Assembly (NCBI GenBank): GCA_051362555.1
Contig: CM120647.1
Span: 18,328,651 to 18,392,650 of the forward strand
DNA length: 64,000 nt
Reading direction: 5' to 3'
Origin: Lingula anatina
Taxonomy: Eukaryota; Animalia; Brachiopoda
The translations under genes and the position numbers were made by a program. The notes under the pieces were generated by a model. The model was not told the DNA's origin. It searched no databases and saw only the letters and a list, made by a program, of their open reading frames with translations. Shown one piece after another: positions 1-12,400 of this stretch. Every line of letters starts with the position of its first letter. Position 1 is the stretch's first letter.

Positions 1-18
1 CAAAAACTCGCAACTTAC

Positions 19-50
19 GTCTGCGTCTGCACTAATGCGTTTGGCGCCAT
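19..50 (-). CDS. Probable first coding exon (MAPNALVQTQ...) of a divergently transcribed gene running off the left edge
   Basis: Minus strand reads AAAATAAC-ATGGCG (YY1/Kozak-like context), 10 codons plus 2 nt, then a perfect GTAAGT donor (13-18). It lies in a CpG-rich patch. Too short to identify. Confidence 0.4.
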
Positions 51-146
51 GTTATTTTGGTCTCGAATGAACGCGAGAATCCGCGTGACACCATTACGTC
101 ATTAGCAACGAATGCACTTGTCGACCGGAAAAAAGGCATCGTAAGC
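51..146. promoter_or_regulatory. CpG-rich putative bidirectional promoter / first-exon region
   Basis: CpG-dense against the AT-rich background. Contains CGCGAGA, a CRE-like TTACGTCA and an ETS core CCGGAA. Outward-facing donors lie on both strands (GTAAGT at 18-13 minus, GTAAGC at 141 plus). Confidence 0.45.
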
Positions 147-849
147 CCTATTGACAAGCACAGATTTTAGTTTTCCTACAATAACGGCCGTTTTAGTGGT
201 AAAATACAATAGAATATATTTCCATGCGTTTTTTACAATGTATTTCATGCGGATTTTTGAATCTCAAAGGAAGAGTTATTATTGCTTTAAGAATAAATTC
301 AGATAGGTTGTTTTACTAGATCGGTTGTGTGTATGTCGTATGAAGACATTGAACTTGCATTTGAAAATTTTCATGTTTTGAGTTGTCGACTTGTCGCTCG
401 TTTAAAATTGTGCCCAACTGTTGAATCACTAAATCTACTGATCGTCTGATGTGATGACGGTGTTGTCACTAGTAATAGTATAAACGATAGTTGTACTAGA
501 TCTATGACATGGTTTAAACGTACATCAACAGAATTAAATGCTGAATTAGAGATCAGTAACGTTCTCACTCAGTCACTGGTGTGTGTGTGTGTGTGTCACT
601 GAGTGTGTGTGTGTGTGTGTGTGTGTTACTGTATTATAGTGTATACTGTCAATCAAACTATTCCTACATGTATAGGCCTAGCCTACGTGTGCGTTAAGAT
701 TTTTCTTCGAAAAATCTTTCAGACTTTTTTATCAAAATCAAATCTCATGCCTGATTATGAGGTTCATGACGTTGTTATTGATGTGTATGATAAATGCTCA
801 TAATAATAACTCTTCTTATTAAAAAAAAAAATAATAATAATAATCTCAG

Positions 850-3800
850 GTACCCAGCCAAGATTGTAGAAATAGACCAGAAAGAGGAAGAGGTACTAAT
901 TCATTTTGAAGGATGGAATTCACGGTTCGATGAGTGGCTGGAGATGACCAGCGAGAGACTTCGACCAATCACAAGGCACTCAGAGCGCAAGGACAAACCA
1001 GTTCAGAAGGTTAAGAAGGCGGTAAGTTTGGAAGGAACGTAACACAGATGGCATCTATAATTTTTTTGCACACAGGGCTGTCTGTCTTTTAGGGTCATTC
1101 CACAAAAAAAGCAACCATTTAAATAACATACATAATGCACACATTTTGTGTAATTTTTGATAATCATTTAATTTATATCACTTGTTAAAGCCCCCTTTAC
1201 ACTGGACGGTGTCCTTTCTATGTCCTGTGGTACGGCTTTGTTTGAGAGTAAAAAAAATATATATATATTACGTACTGACAACTGGCTGAACATTGAGCAT
1301 TCATTTCTGCAACCCAAGCAATGCTTGTGCCTTCTTTCAAACAACCACAGCGATAAACTTTCTTGGTCGCACAAATGACCCAGAAAGGACGCTGTCCAGT
1401 GTAAAGGAGGCTTAAGTAGAATAAAATGGCATATCACAATTGGGCAAATTTTGATCAAAATGTGCCCCTTATTGTCCTCATTTGTCACAGCGCAGTGCAC
1501 AATTTACAAATCAAAGCTTCAAATTCTAAAAAAAAAAAAAATTTTAACCAAAGATGTTTTTTACATCTGATTTATTGTATTAACAGAAATACAAAATCAG
1601 CGATGTGGTGTTAGCCAAGTGGTCGGACTGCCGTATGTATCCTGCCAAGGTGACTGACGTCCTTCATGACAACATGTACGAAGTCATGTACTACGATGGT
1701 ATACGGAAAGTGATCCAAAATATCAACATCAGGCCTTTGCCTCCTGAAATGCAAGATCAGGTGAGTTGTGGAAGATGGGACATGTTGATCAATGAGTATC
1801 AAGTTTGTTGTGACACTAGAAGCAATTTAGATTGTGTTGGATGTGACACCAGAAGCAATTGAGATTGTGTTGGATGTGACACCAGAAGCAATTGAGATTT
1901 GTTGGTGTGAATTGAAGCAATTTAGATGTTAAGTGAAATGCTGAAAATTGGTATTTTTGAAAATGCAAACAATCAATGAAAATTGATATCTTGGGCATCA
2001 TGTGTATCTTTGATCATTATCTGTAGGAATTCCACATAGTCCCCCCTGAAGCAACTGTTGTGAACCCCCTTATGCCAACATTGTCAAAAGAAGACAGACG
2101 GCTGCTGAAGAAGAAAGAAAGAAGGGATTTTACCAATAGTCCGGGCTTTAAGAGTGAGTTATCCTGGAATTTATGGGAGAACAACCTTTAGGGATCCTTG
2201 GAAATTCATTTGATAAGATGGCTTTAATCCTATTCAGACCAATAACTATTAAGTATTTTTTTACTGTTTAATTTTTCGACGTGCTGATCAGTCAGCTTCT
2301 TAATTTGCAGTGTTTAACTTAAAAAAAAATCTTTTCAGAAAAATTAAAGCAGCATGGTCATCATGAAAGCACAGAGCCCAAAGAAAGGAAAAGCACAGAG
2401 ACCAAAGAGAAAGAAGGAAAAACGGGTAACCACTTACAAATTATGATTCTTTGGCCACTTTTTTTTATAAGTTAGTAGACAAAGTAGGCTTTTTTAATAA
2501 TAATATTAGGGATGCAGTTTATCAGATTTCAGAGCATTAATTGGGAAAATAAGGTATTATATTACCAATTGATGAACAAAATGTCTCTTTTTTCTTGGCT
2601 TAGTCTCAGTTATTTATATGTTAGAAAATAAAAAAGGCAAAAACACGTCTCCTCTCTCCTGTTTTTAAGCTGGATATTGTGCCTTCCTTATACTGGCCAA
2701 TCAACACTTCAATTTTTGACATTTTTCCCATCCGAAGGAAACTGATTTTCTTTTTCTCATTTTTAGATAACACTATGAAGAGCCATTATGGTGTAGTACA
2801 TGATTTATTTACCTTTAATGAGTTTGTGCAAAATCTTCATCTTGTCTTTAGGGAAGACAGCAGTGAAACAGAAGGATCAGGCATCAGTTAAAAAGACAGT
2901 GAAAGGTATTTATTTATAATTTCACTTTCTCTATTATTTGATTCACAGTTAAAATTATCAACTGAGTTACATGGTGATATTTTTTTCAATACAGAGTCTG
3001 ATACAGGGTGCAGTCAGTGAAAGTTTTTAAAATTATTTATTAGGAGTTTTATGAAAAAAACATACTCAGTCATGATTTTCAGACGTTTTTAGTCCAGAAG
3101 AATCTTTGAAATTTTGAATAATGTATAGGATCGTTAGGATTGTTTGGGTTATGGCTAAAAATTATTCACCAATTTCTTTCAGTGGAGGATAAAGTCTCTC
3201 AGAAGAGAGAAAAACCAGACAAGATAACACAGAGACTTAAAAAGGAAGAAAAGCAAAAGAGGCGAGAGAAGAGAAGAGAGGAGAGACTGAGGGTAAAGAA
3301 GGAAGCTCTGAAAGCCAAGGGCCGGAAAACAGACTATGCAAAGTTTTTGAAGCGAAAGAAGCTTCTGATTGGAGGAACCTTCCAGGCAAAAAGGAAGTTC
3401 CAAGACGTGCAGAAAATGAGGAAGAAAAAGGTTGGCAATTTTGGCCCTGTTTCATTGAAAAAACTTTGAGAAAAAATTTGGTTGTAACATCAAGAATACA
3501 AAATAGTCAGAGAGAAGAAGATTGTTTCACCTGCTTGCTGCTACTGGCTTGTTTTGGAGAGTCTTCAGCAGGATTCTTTAAAATATATAAAAATACATGG
3601 GGTGATAAACCAAAGTTATTTATTAATTTTGATTCAGTTCAGGCTGTTGTGTAATCAAGGTTAAGATGTGAATGGCAATCAGAAACAAAATGCCTTTTAC
3701 CTCAATCGAAATTTCTTTGATTGAAGCCCCACTTGAAATCTTAATTATGGTTTGTGTATGACATTTGCTCCATATTTTTTAACCTAAATTTGCCATTGCA

Positions 3801-6418
3801 GTTGAAAGAAGAGCATCTTAAGAGACAGAAAAAAGAGAAAGTTGTCTCATCAGATGAAGACATTGATTCAGATGGCAACAATGGTAAGGTCAAGGTCACT
3901 GTCAGTCAAGGTCATTTGTTAGAATTAGAATAGCTTTTACTTCTTGCTAGCTTTCTATTTTATCTTCTTAAATATACTTAGTATAAGAAAAATACACAAT
4001 AGTGAAATACATCTCTTTCTTTCCCTATTTCTTTCTTTTTGTCAGTCTTTCTTTCTTAATTTTTCTGTCTGTTTTTTGTCTTAAATCATAAAGAAGAGAG
4101 ATACTGTCTACCTTCCTCCCTATGGCTGAGTAGCTCACTGTAATGTTTCTGATATTGCTTGTAGTTGAACCAAGTAGTTTAGAGCAGAACACTCCCCCTT
4201 TGTCTCCACAATCTAGGAGAATGAACAGTGCAGTCATTGCTAAGAAAAAGGCAAAGCAAGGTAGAAAGTTTCAAATTTATAATTTTGGGGAGTCTGAGTG
4301 TTAGAGCGGGAGCATGCGTTTATTTGTCTATTAGTGTGCTTGTGTGTTTGTGCATGGCTGTGCTGCACAGTACCAAAGTTAAAAAAGAGAGGGATAGAAA
4401 AGTCAATGTTTTGCACATAGCATTCATTTTTTTATCTTTTTTTCAAAGCAGAACATTTTTAAAACTAGTTGACAGTTAAATGAAAAAGAATTGTTAGCTG
4501 TTTACGCATAGAACCAATATCTCGTACAACTTTTGATACTTGATAATTATTTTTATTATTCGAATTGTCGCAGATAATCAGTGAAAAAAAAAAAGAAAAA
4601 AAAAAAAGAAAAAAGATCCAGCAATATCATGAGTTTTCCTTTGCAGCAGTCACTCCCTCTCCCCCAACAAAGAACACACCGCCGGAGACGCCCAAATATC
4701 CTGAAGGTAGTACGCTGAAGCACATGTTAATGCAGTCGCAAAGTGTTGGAATGGCTGATAGCTTATCTCTGCTGCCGTCTCCTGCTAAATTCGCTTCTGC
4801 GTCTGCTTCCTCTGCTTCTTCTGCCAAGAAATCTGGTACAGAAGGTAACTGGCTTTGTGCTTTCTGTCACGTGTTGATAGTAGTATAGATAAGGCTGTGG
4901 TGTTGTTGTGATGTTGCTCTAATATGGCCCAGTGCTAGCTGGGGCAATGTAATTGTGTTAGCTGTGACACCTCCATTGTGTTAGCTGAGACATTGTAATT
5001 GTGTTGGCTGTGACACCTCCATTGTGTTAGCGGAGACATTGTAATTGTGTTGGCTGTGACACCTCCATTGTGTTAGCTGAGACATTGTAATTGTGTTGGC
5101 TGTGACACCTCCATTGTGTTAGCTGAGACTTTGTAATTGTGTTGGCTGTGACACCTCCATTGTGTTAGCTGAGACTTTGTAATTGTGTTGGCTGTGACAC
5201 CTCCATTGTGTTAGCTGAGACTTTGTAATTGTGTTGGCTGTGGCATTTCCATTGCATTAGCTGAGGCAGTGTTATTATGCTGGCTCTCACATGGCCACTA
5301 AGCTGTTTTGTTATGTGATTGTAACATTGCTGTGCTTGTGTCATTGTATTAAAAGATCTAAAAGAATGCAATACTGTAGTCTAACATTGCCATTGTGGTA
5401 TGATTTTGTTGGCTGCGACATTACAAACAAGCTATATATTTTAATTGTTTGTATTGTCTCTGTGTTTGTGAGTGGTGCTTGAGCCAGTTGTGGCATGGTA
5501 ATCACTTTTACCATATATAATGACAGTATAACTGTGGTAGATTGAATGTTGTAAGCATGGCATGATTCACTGCTACTGGGTATGTTCTGTGTGTGCTTTA
5601 AAATGTCATTGAGCTAGCATTTCCTTATTGTGACTTTGTTGGGTGTAGCTGCATAAATGTATTTAATTTAACATTTAAGTACGGGGTGTTTTGGCTTTAG
5701 AACGCATTACATTTACAGAGCAAGCTCTGTTATTTTGTTGGATATGATATTGTAGTTGTGCTGTCAATGTTTTTGAGTTCAAGTATGAAAAAGGGCTGAA
5801 TTTAAATAATAGTAATTTAATTTGCTCATTTGAAGGAAAAGTTAAAAGAAAAGGATTAGGAGAGCAGAAGAAAAGGCGACGAAAGCGCCGCATAGACAGT
5901 AGCCCAGATAGTGCAGGGAAGAAAAAGAAACTGAAATTTTATGCAGAAGGTAAAAAATCTTGGACATTCTATGTATTGACATGATTTGTACTATTTTAAA
6001 ATCTCCTTATGCTTTTCCCCTTATAATTACGGTAAATTATATTTCCAAACCAGTGGACAAAATTATGATTTATCATAAGCTCTATGCCCACAACTGTCCA
6101 AGAACCAGGAAATATACAATATCATAAAAATTTTCTTTTATTCTAATTTATATATTTATTTACTAATTTCCAGTCCTAGTTCCCGCCACTGATCCAGCTC
6201 CCAAAGAATTTGTGGTGAAGAAAGACCACAACCAATACAAGTGCATTTTCACGGATTGTGACAAGAGCTATCGTAAACAAAGTCTTCTGGACTACCATCT
6301 GAAATATTATCACACTGAAGATGGCACTCCAATCCAGCCTCCACCTCCCAGACAGAGGAAGAAAACAATAAGCATGTGTATGTGTAGTTTCTCTCTCTCC
6401 CTCCCTCCCTCCCTCCCT

Positions 6419-6476
<58 letters not shown>

Positions 6477-9400
6477 GATGTATCAGTTTTAAACAGAGGG
6501 TGTCCATATTTCTCCATTTATCATAATCCCCACATGAACATTAAGATGGGGTAGAAAAAGAATCGTGCCTGTGCATGGAACACATTAAAAAACTCTCTCC
6601 CTCTCTGCTCCCCCCCCCCCCCCCAATCTCTTTTCATATTCAGTTTTTCAAAAGATGGTTTAGATTAAGTGTACTTTTCTCGAACTGCTTCTGTCCTTGT
6701 TAGTTAAATATTTCATGTCCTGGTTTAAATTTTAATTTTTTTTTCTTTGGACATGAAATTAAAAAATATATGTATATTTCAGGTTCCAATGAGTCCGAAG
6801 TCTCCATCTTGAGTGACCTGCCCCTGTCAGAATTGGTTTCAAAGCCAGCCAAAAAGAAACGCATGTCGTCTGCTGAGTCAGAACGCAAGCGCCATCTGTC
6901 AGCAATGTCTACAGACAGCAGGGCAACAGTGGAGTACCAGGATGACACGGCTTGTCTTGATACTGCTGAAGGTACCCTGTGATTGTTTTCACTTCATTAC
7001 TTAGGACTTAACACAAAAGTCGGCGATAAATTCATAAACTTATCTCCCTAGAACAAATTTTGTGAAGTTTTCATGAGCTGAAAAAATGTTTCTTAAATTG
7101 TGAAAAGCCTGTAATTATCAAACTGGTTCAGAGCTTTATGCTATCATACTGTATAATACTGAGCTTTCAAATTGTTTAATTTTTATTAACCATTTTTGTA
7201 GTCCTTTGTCAAATTGTTGGGTGTCTCTTCATGCTTCGTGGCTTAAGTTTTGTGCAGCCTGTAAATTCTTTGCTTTTCTGTCAGCAAATTCTCTTAAAAA
7301 GGTAACTAATTTTTCCCTCCTCAGCAGGGTCTGTCCACAGTTTCACAGCAGACCAGGATGGTTTTAAGTCCACAGAGGACACAATGGACATGCTGGACAT
7401 GGAGGATGGCCAGGAAGGGCCGGAGGAGCTTAGCGACGAAGTGGTCAACTGTATCTGCATGCTGAATGAGGAGAATGGACTCATGATCCAGGTATACTGG
7501 ACTGGACTAACTTTTATATTAATGATCATGATGACCAAATGTGAGTCTTTGTAAAAATGACTTACTCAAGCACAGTTTGGTTGAATTGACTTTGGCCAAG
7601 TTCTGCAAAACAACTTGTTGATTGAAAGTAAAAGAAAATAATTGTCTATTTATGAAATGTAAAGCTTAAATGTTTTTCTCCTCCAAGATAACATCAAATA
7701 GTTGTCATCTGCCAAGTTGTTGTTGTCTGATTGATTTTTCGTCTCCTTCACTCTGATTAGTCAAAAATGCTATTTTACATCATTGATTAGAATTGTGTTT
7801 GTGAAAACATCTGATCCAGTGCTCAGCAGCAAGTTTTATGATACATCGAATTCCCAGATAGAATAATCTTTGGCTTTTATGTGATAATATATCTTTATTC
7901 TTTGATAATTATATGACAAAATATTGTATTCTGTGGTCATATTATGTTAATTGTATAATGCTATAATGTTATTTCCAGTGTGAGTGCTGCATGTGCTGGC
8001 AACATGCGGACTGTTTGAATGTGACTGCAGACACTTTACCCAGCAAATATGTCTGCTCCATATGTCAGAACCCAGTGGGTAGGTATTGCACAACTGTCAC
8101 ACCTAACATAATACTGTCACACCTAACACAATACTGTCACACTATTGTCACAACTCTTGCAATACTGCACCCTGAGCTTCAGAGCTAACTTGACACTAAC
8201 CTTTTCACTGTAGCCTATCTTCATCGTGTCAAGTAACCTATGACCAGATTCGATTGCCTCCGCCGCCCGCCAATCAAATTTAAAAGCCCGCACTCAATGA
8301 CTCATTAAACGATCTAGCCAATGAACGCGAACGAGTCAAAGCGCGCTTTGTTCAAATCCGGACCAATTAAAGATAAGGCTGAATATCAGGGACTTGCCGT
8401 AACCTGTGGGCAGCACGCAAATAACATCGTCTCTCAGTAGATAATGATGCAGGGCCTCAAACTGCTAGACCCTATGGTTTCAATTCCGATTTTCTCATAT
8501 TTTGCAAAGAATCAAGAGATAACTTAACACATTCTTTTTCGTAGTCACTCGCCTTGCTTTCTTTGTGTACGGTAATACACTCGGAACTACTCGGATGTCT
8601 CCGCACTCGACAATAACTTTGTTGTTAGTATGGAGCTTGCGGAATCAGCCGAGGATTGCCGATTGACGGTCAACCAATCAGCGTTTTCACCAAACTTTGG
8701 TGAAAAATTTTGAAACATGGATTTGATTGGCTTATATAAACTAGGTCAAACTATTTTTGTCAGAGGTTACTTGACACGATGAAGATAGGCTACAGTGAAG
8801 AGGTTAGTGTCAAGTTAGCTCTGAAGCTCAGGGTGCAATACTGTTACACCTAACACAATATGGTCACACCTAACACAATATGGTCACACCTAACACAATA
8901 CTGTCACACTTGACACAATGCCTCACAAAATATCAGGTGTCTCTTCTTATAAAATTATTCTTGACACATCTGACACATTGCTTTTCCAGAAGGAGAGAGA
9001 GTAGAGAATGTAGATGTCAGAGTAGATTCTCCTCCTTTTCTAGATTTACGCATAGGATTGTAATCATCACAACATTTTTTTTCTGAAGTAAGAAAAATTG
9101 GTTTTAACTCCAACAAAAAAAAATGAAGTAACTGTTACGTTTCAATATCACATGCCCTGTCTTCTTAAAGGCGTCCGTGAGAGTGCTCGCTTCATCTGGG
9201 ACCAGGATATGTTTAAAACAGGCCAGCTTGCCAGGTTTGCCTGTAACTCACTTGTGGACACAGGACGCAAGTCCCCCTTCATGCTGGCCACTAATAACCT
9301 GCTGGGAGACATGCACAACATTAACCTGGTGTTGAAAGGGTTAAAACAAAAGATTAAGTTATTGAAGTAAGTGCTGACACAGAGGTTTGTGTAGAGAATG

Positions 9401-12400
9401 AAGCTAGAAGTTAACACTTGCTTTAAAGGTGCATACAAAGTCAATTTTTTTGTCACAAAAACCAACCAAATGCCAGCATATAGTTTCAAGTAGAATAACT
9501 AAGAGAATTACCAAAGGACATTGTTTAATTTTACCCGAAAATGATGTTTGAACGGATTTTTCTGCTGGCATTCTAAGCTGTATGTCAATGGGGCAGGAAA
9601 GTAGGTAACGAAAGTAGGTTAAATTTACAACCAAAAATTTAAAGAAAGGAGCAGTCTAAAGGTCTTTTATGGCTGATCGAGTGATCTATTCAGTTTATCC
9701 CTTGGCGTGTCGAATTTATTTAAGTCATATAAGAATCTAGTAGAAGTGGTTTACATGTGTTACTGGGAATCCACGCTCCACCGATGCTCGGTTCGTATGT
9801 ACCTTTAAGACCAAAACTTTGAAATAGAATTAGTAGTTCACCAAGACAAGAATATTAGGGCTGTTTTAGAATAAGAAAGAGAAATGTTCAAAATTTTAGA
9901 CTGATAGCTGACACATGAGAAACATATATCCCATAATTTTAGCTCCAAAGATGACCCTGACCTTGACCTTTGGGCCAGAGAGCTGGAAAGAAGGAGAGAG
10001 ATAGAAAAAGAGAGAATGGAGGAAGAGTTGAGACTTGAAGAAGAAACAGGACATTTAGAAGAAGAAGAGGAGTATCCAGAGGAAGGAAATATTTCTCATA
10101 GGTTTATTCAGGGATCAGAGGAGCTTCCTGGACCACTGCATTCTGGGATGCCTCCAAATGACTTGCAAAATGGCGGTGTTGATTTGACAGGTGAAAAAGT
10201 ACACAGATCAGAAAGTGTTGACAAAGAAGTGTCTGTTCCAGAAAAGACAAGTGATTTGGCTTCAGGAAAGCATCAGGTGGGCAATGAGGGAAGTGCTGAA
10301 CAAGTTTCATTGAAGGAAAGAGAAACGGAAGATTTGGCAATCAAACCAAAACCCTCAGACCCACAGGGTGGTAAGTCCACATTACCACTGCCCAGAAGTG
10401 CCAGAAACAACTCCAGTTTAGACTCAAATGAGGAAATTGATGTCATTGGCTTATCACCAACTCAAAAAACTTTCCCTTCGGTACCCAGTTCAACCAGTGT
10501 CTTAAGTGAAGTGGACCAGTTGTCGAATGCTGGTCACTCTCAGCAGACAGAGGAGACATCATCTAGTGATAAGGCTTCAGATGGAGTCTCAAAGGTTGTT
10601 GACAACTCAGCTGCCATCCAGGCAAAAGCAGCAGATAGTGAAGGTGCTGCCAAGGAAAAACTGCCTACAGGTGTCTCCACATCCCAAGACCAGTCTGTGT
10701 CAGCAGTAACAAAGACTGTACCCTCAAAATCAGATGTGATCAGTGTGAGTGCATCATCTTTGCCCACTCCCCAGGCTGGTCTTGGAGAGTACAAACTGTC
10801 TCCAGTGCCCTCTAGGGTTAAGTTGGTTGGGAGCAGTGTCTGGACACCAGTTGCCAAGGTAACCATAGTTCTATAATGGGTATTTTAGAGTAATTCAATA
10901 AATAAAAACTGCTGAAGCTGTCAAAGCATAGTACTGTACTTAATATTTTCAGGGACATATATCATTGCTTCTGGCCGTTCACATAGATAAATTATATACA
11001 TAATTTTTGTGGTGTCTTTATCAGAATCTTACCACTTTGGACAAACCACCAGAAAACAACAGGAACCAACAAGAAAAGAGCCCCCCAGCAGAGACTGGAC
11101 CCCCAGCAGAGCAGGAGGCTCCCTCTGGTGGCAATCAGAAATCTTCAGACACCAGCATAGACTTGGACGTAGAGGAAGACAGACACTTAGTGGCAGAACA
11201 GCGACTGAGAGAACACATTCATCAATTACAAGACCAACTGGAGAAGAAACTTGACAGTGTGGAACAGCAGGTGGATTGTAAGTACAATATATTCTGTAAT
11301 TTTTTTTGTTATAATATTATTATTATTATTATTGTTATTATTATTGTACCACCAGCGTTAGCGCTGGCGGTACACATGGTTTCGGTCCCGTCCGTATCGT
11401 TCCGCCGGCTCCGTTGGCTCCGCCGGCTCCGCCGGACGGCTACCGTTACCGCTTCTTCTCCTAGACGGTAAGGGCCCCCGTACCCATCTCATGGATTTAG
11501 GTCACCTATAATCTCAACTCGTTCCATGTAAAATTTGGGCTTTGTCGGTATTGGGGTCTGGGTGTGGCACTCATTGCAATGCACCCTTGTCTAAAAATGG
11601 CAAAATTAAATGCTAATTATCTACCCTACGGAAGGAGTTATGGGAAAAATTTCTATAGACGGCTTTCCAAAAGTCATATGTGTAGATTTCAAATATACCC
11701 TTGGATTTGACCTTTGACCTCTACTTCAAGGTCAAATGGGCCAAAATTTTCAAAAAAATGAAATTTTTTACGAAAAAAATTTTTTTTGCCCTGTTATTCA
11801 GACACCACACAGACTTAACCAATAATATTATTGGAAAGTGTTACCCTTCAGGTCATCTTTCATTTCCATGAATTTGGGGTCAATCGGTGCATTTTCACGG
11901 GAGTAGCGGCCATAAGATACCGAAACTGAAAACTGTCTCTAATTCGGGAACCGTTAATGCTAGAGACCCATTCTTTTTTGCATTTTGTAGAGCATGTAAA
12001 GCCCAACACTGGAGGTGGTCTCGGTTTTTTTGTATTCCATACGGTTTTCGAGTTACGCTGTATCAAAAAGTACATATTGGTGGTAAAAGCAAAATGTGCA
12101 GTACGGTAATGGATAATAAATTTTGAACTCTGGAAAAATAAAACATAAGGCTTGGCAAAGCAGACAACTTGTGTTCAAAAATGACATTATTTCATCAAAT
12201 TTGAACTTCTGAAACTTCAGAGCACCTCCTATTTCAAGAATTTTGACCAAAATGACATTTTCTTTATTTTAATTAATTTTTTCTGTACGAAATTTAAGGC
12301 ACATTATGGTAACTCCAAAATTATAACATCTAGTCCCTTATATCTCCAAAACTGGCAGAGATAGGTCCATAGTTACTATTGAAGTTGAATAGGAAGTCAT

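Noticed and set aside
11278-11471. Extension of the 154-aa ORF past the PHF20 exon into a hydrophobic Ile run (apparent TM segment)
   Set aside because: It reads through a strong GTAAGT donor into (ATT)n and the transposon 5' end. The conserved C-terminus is on exon 14953-15086.
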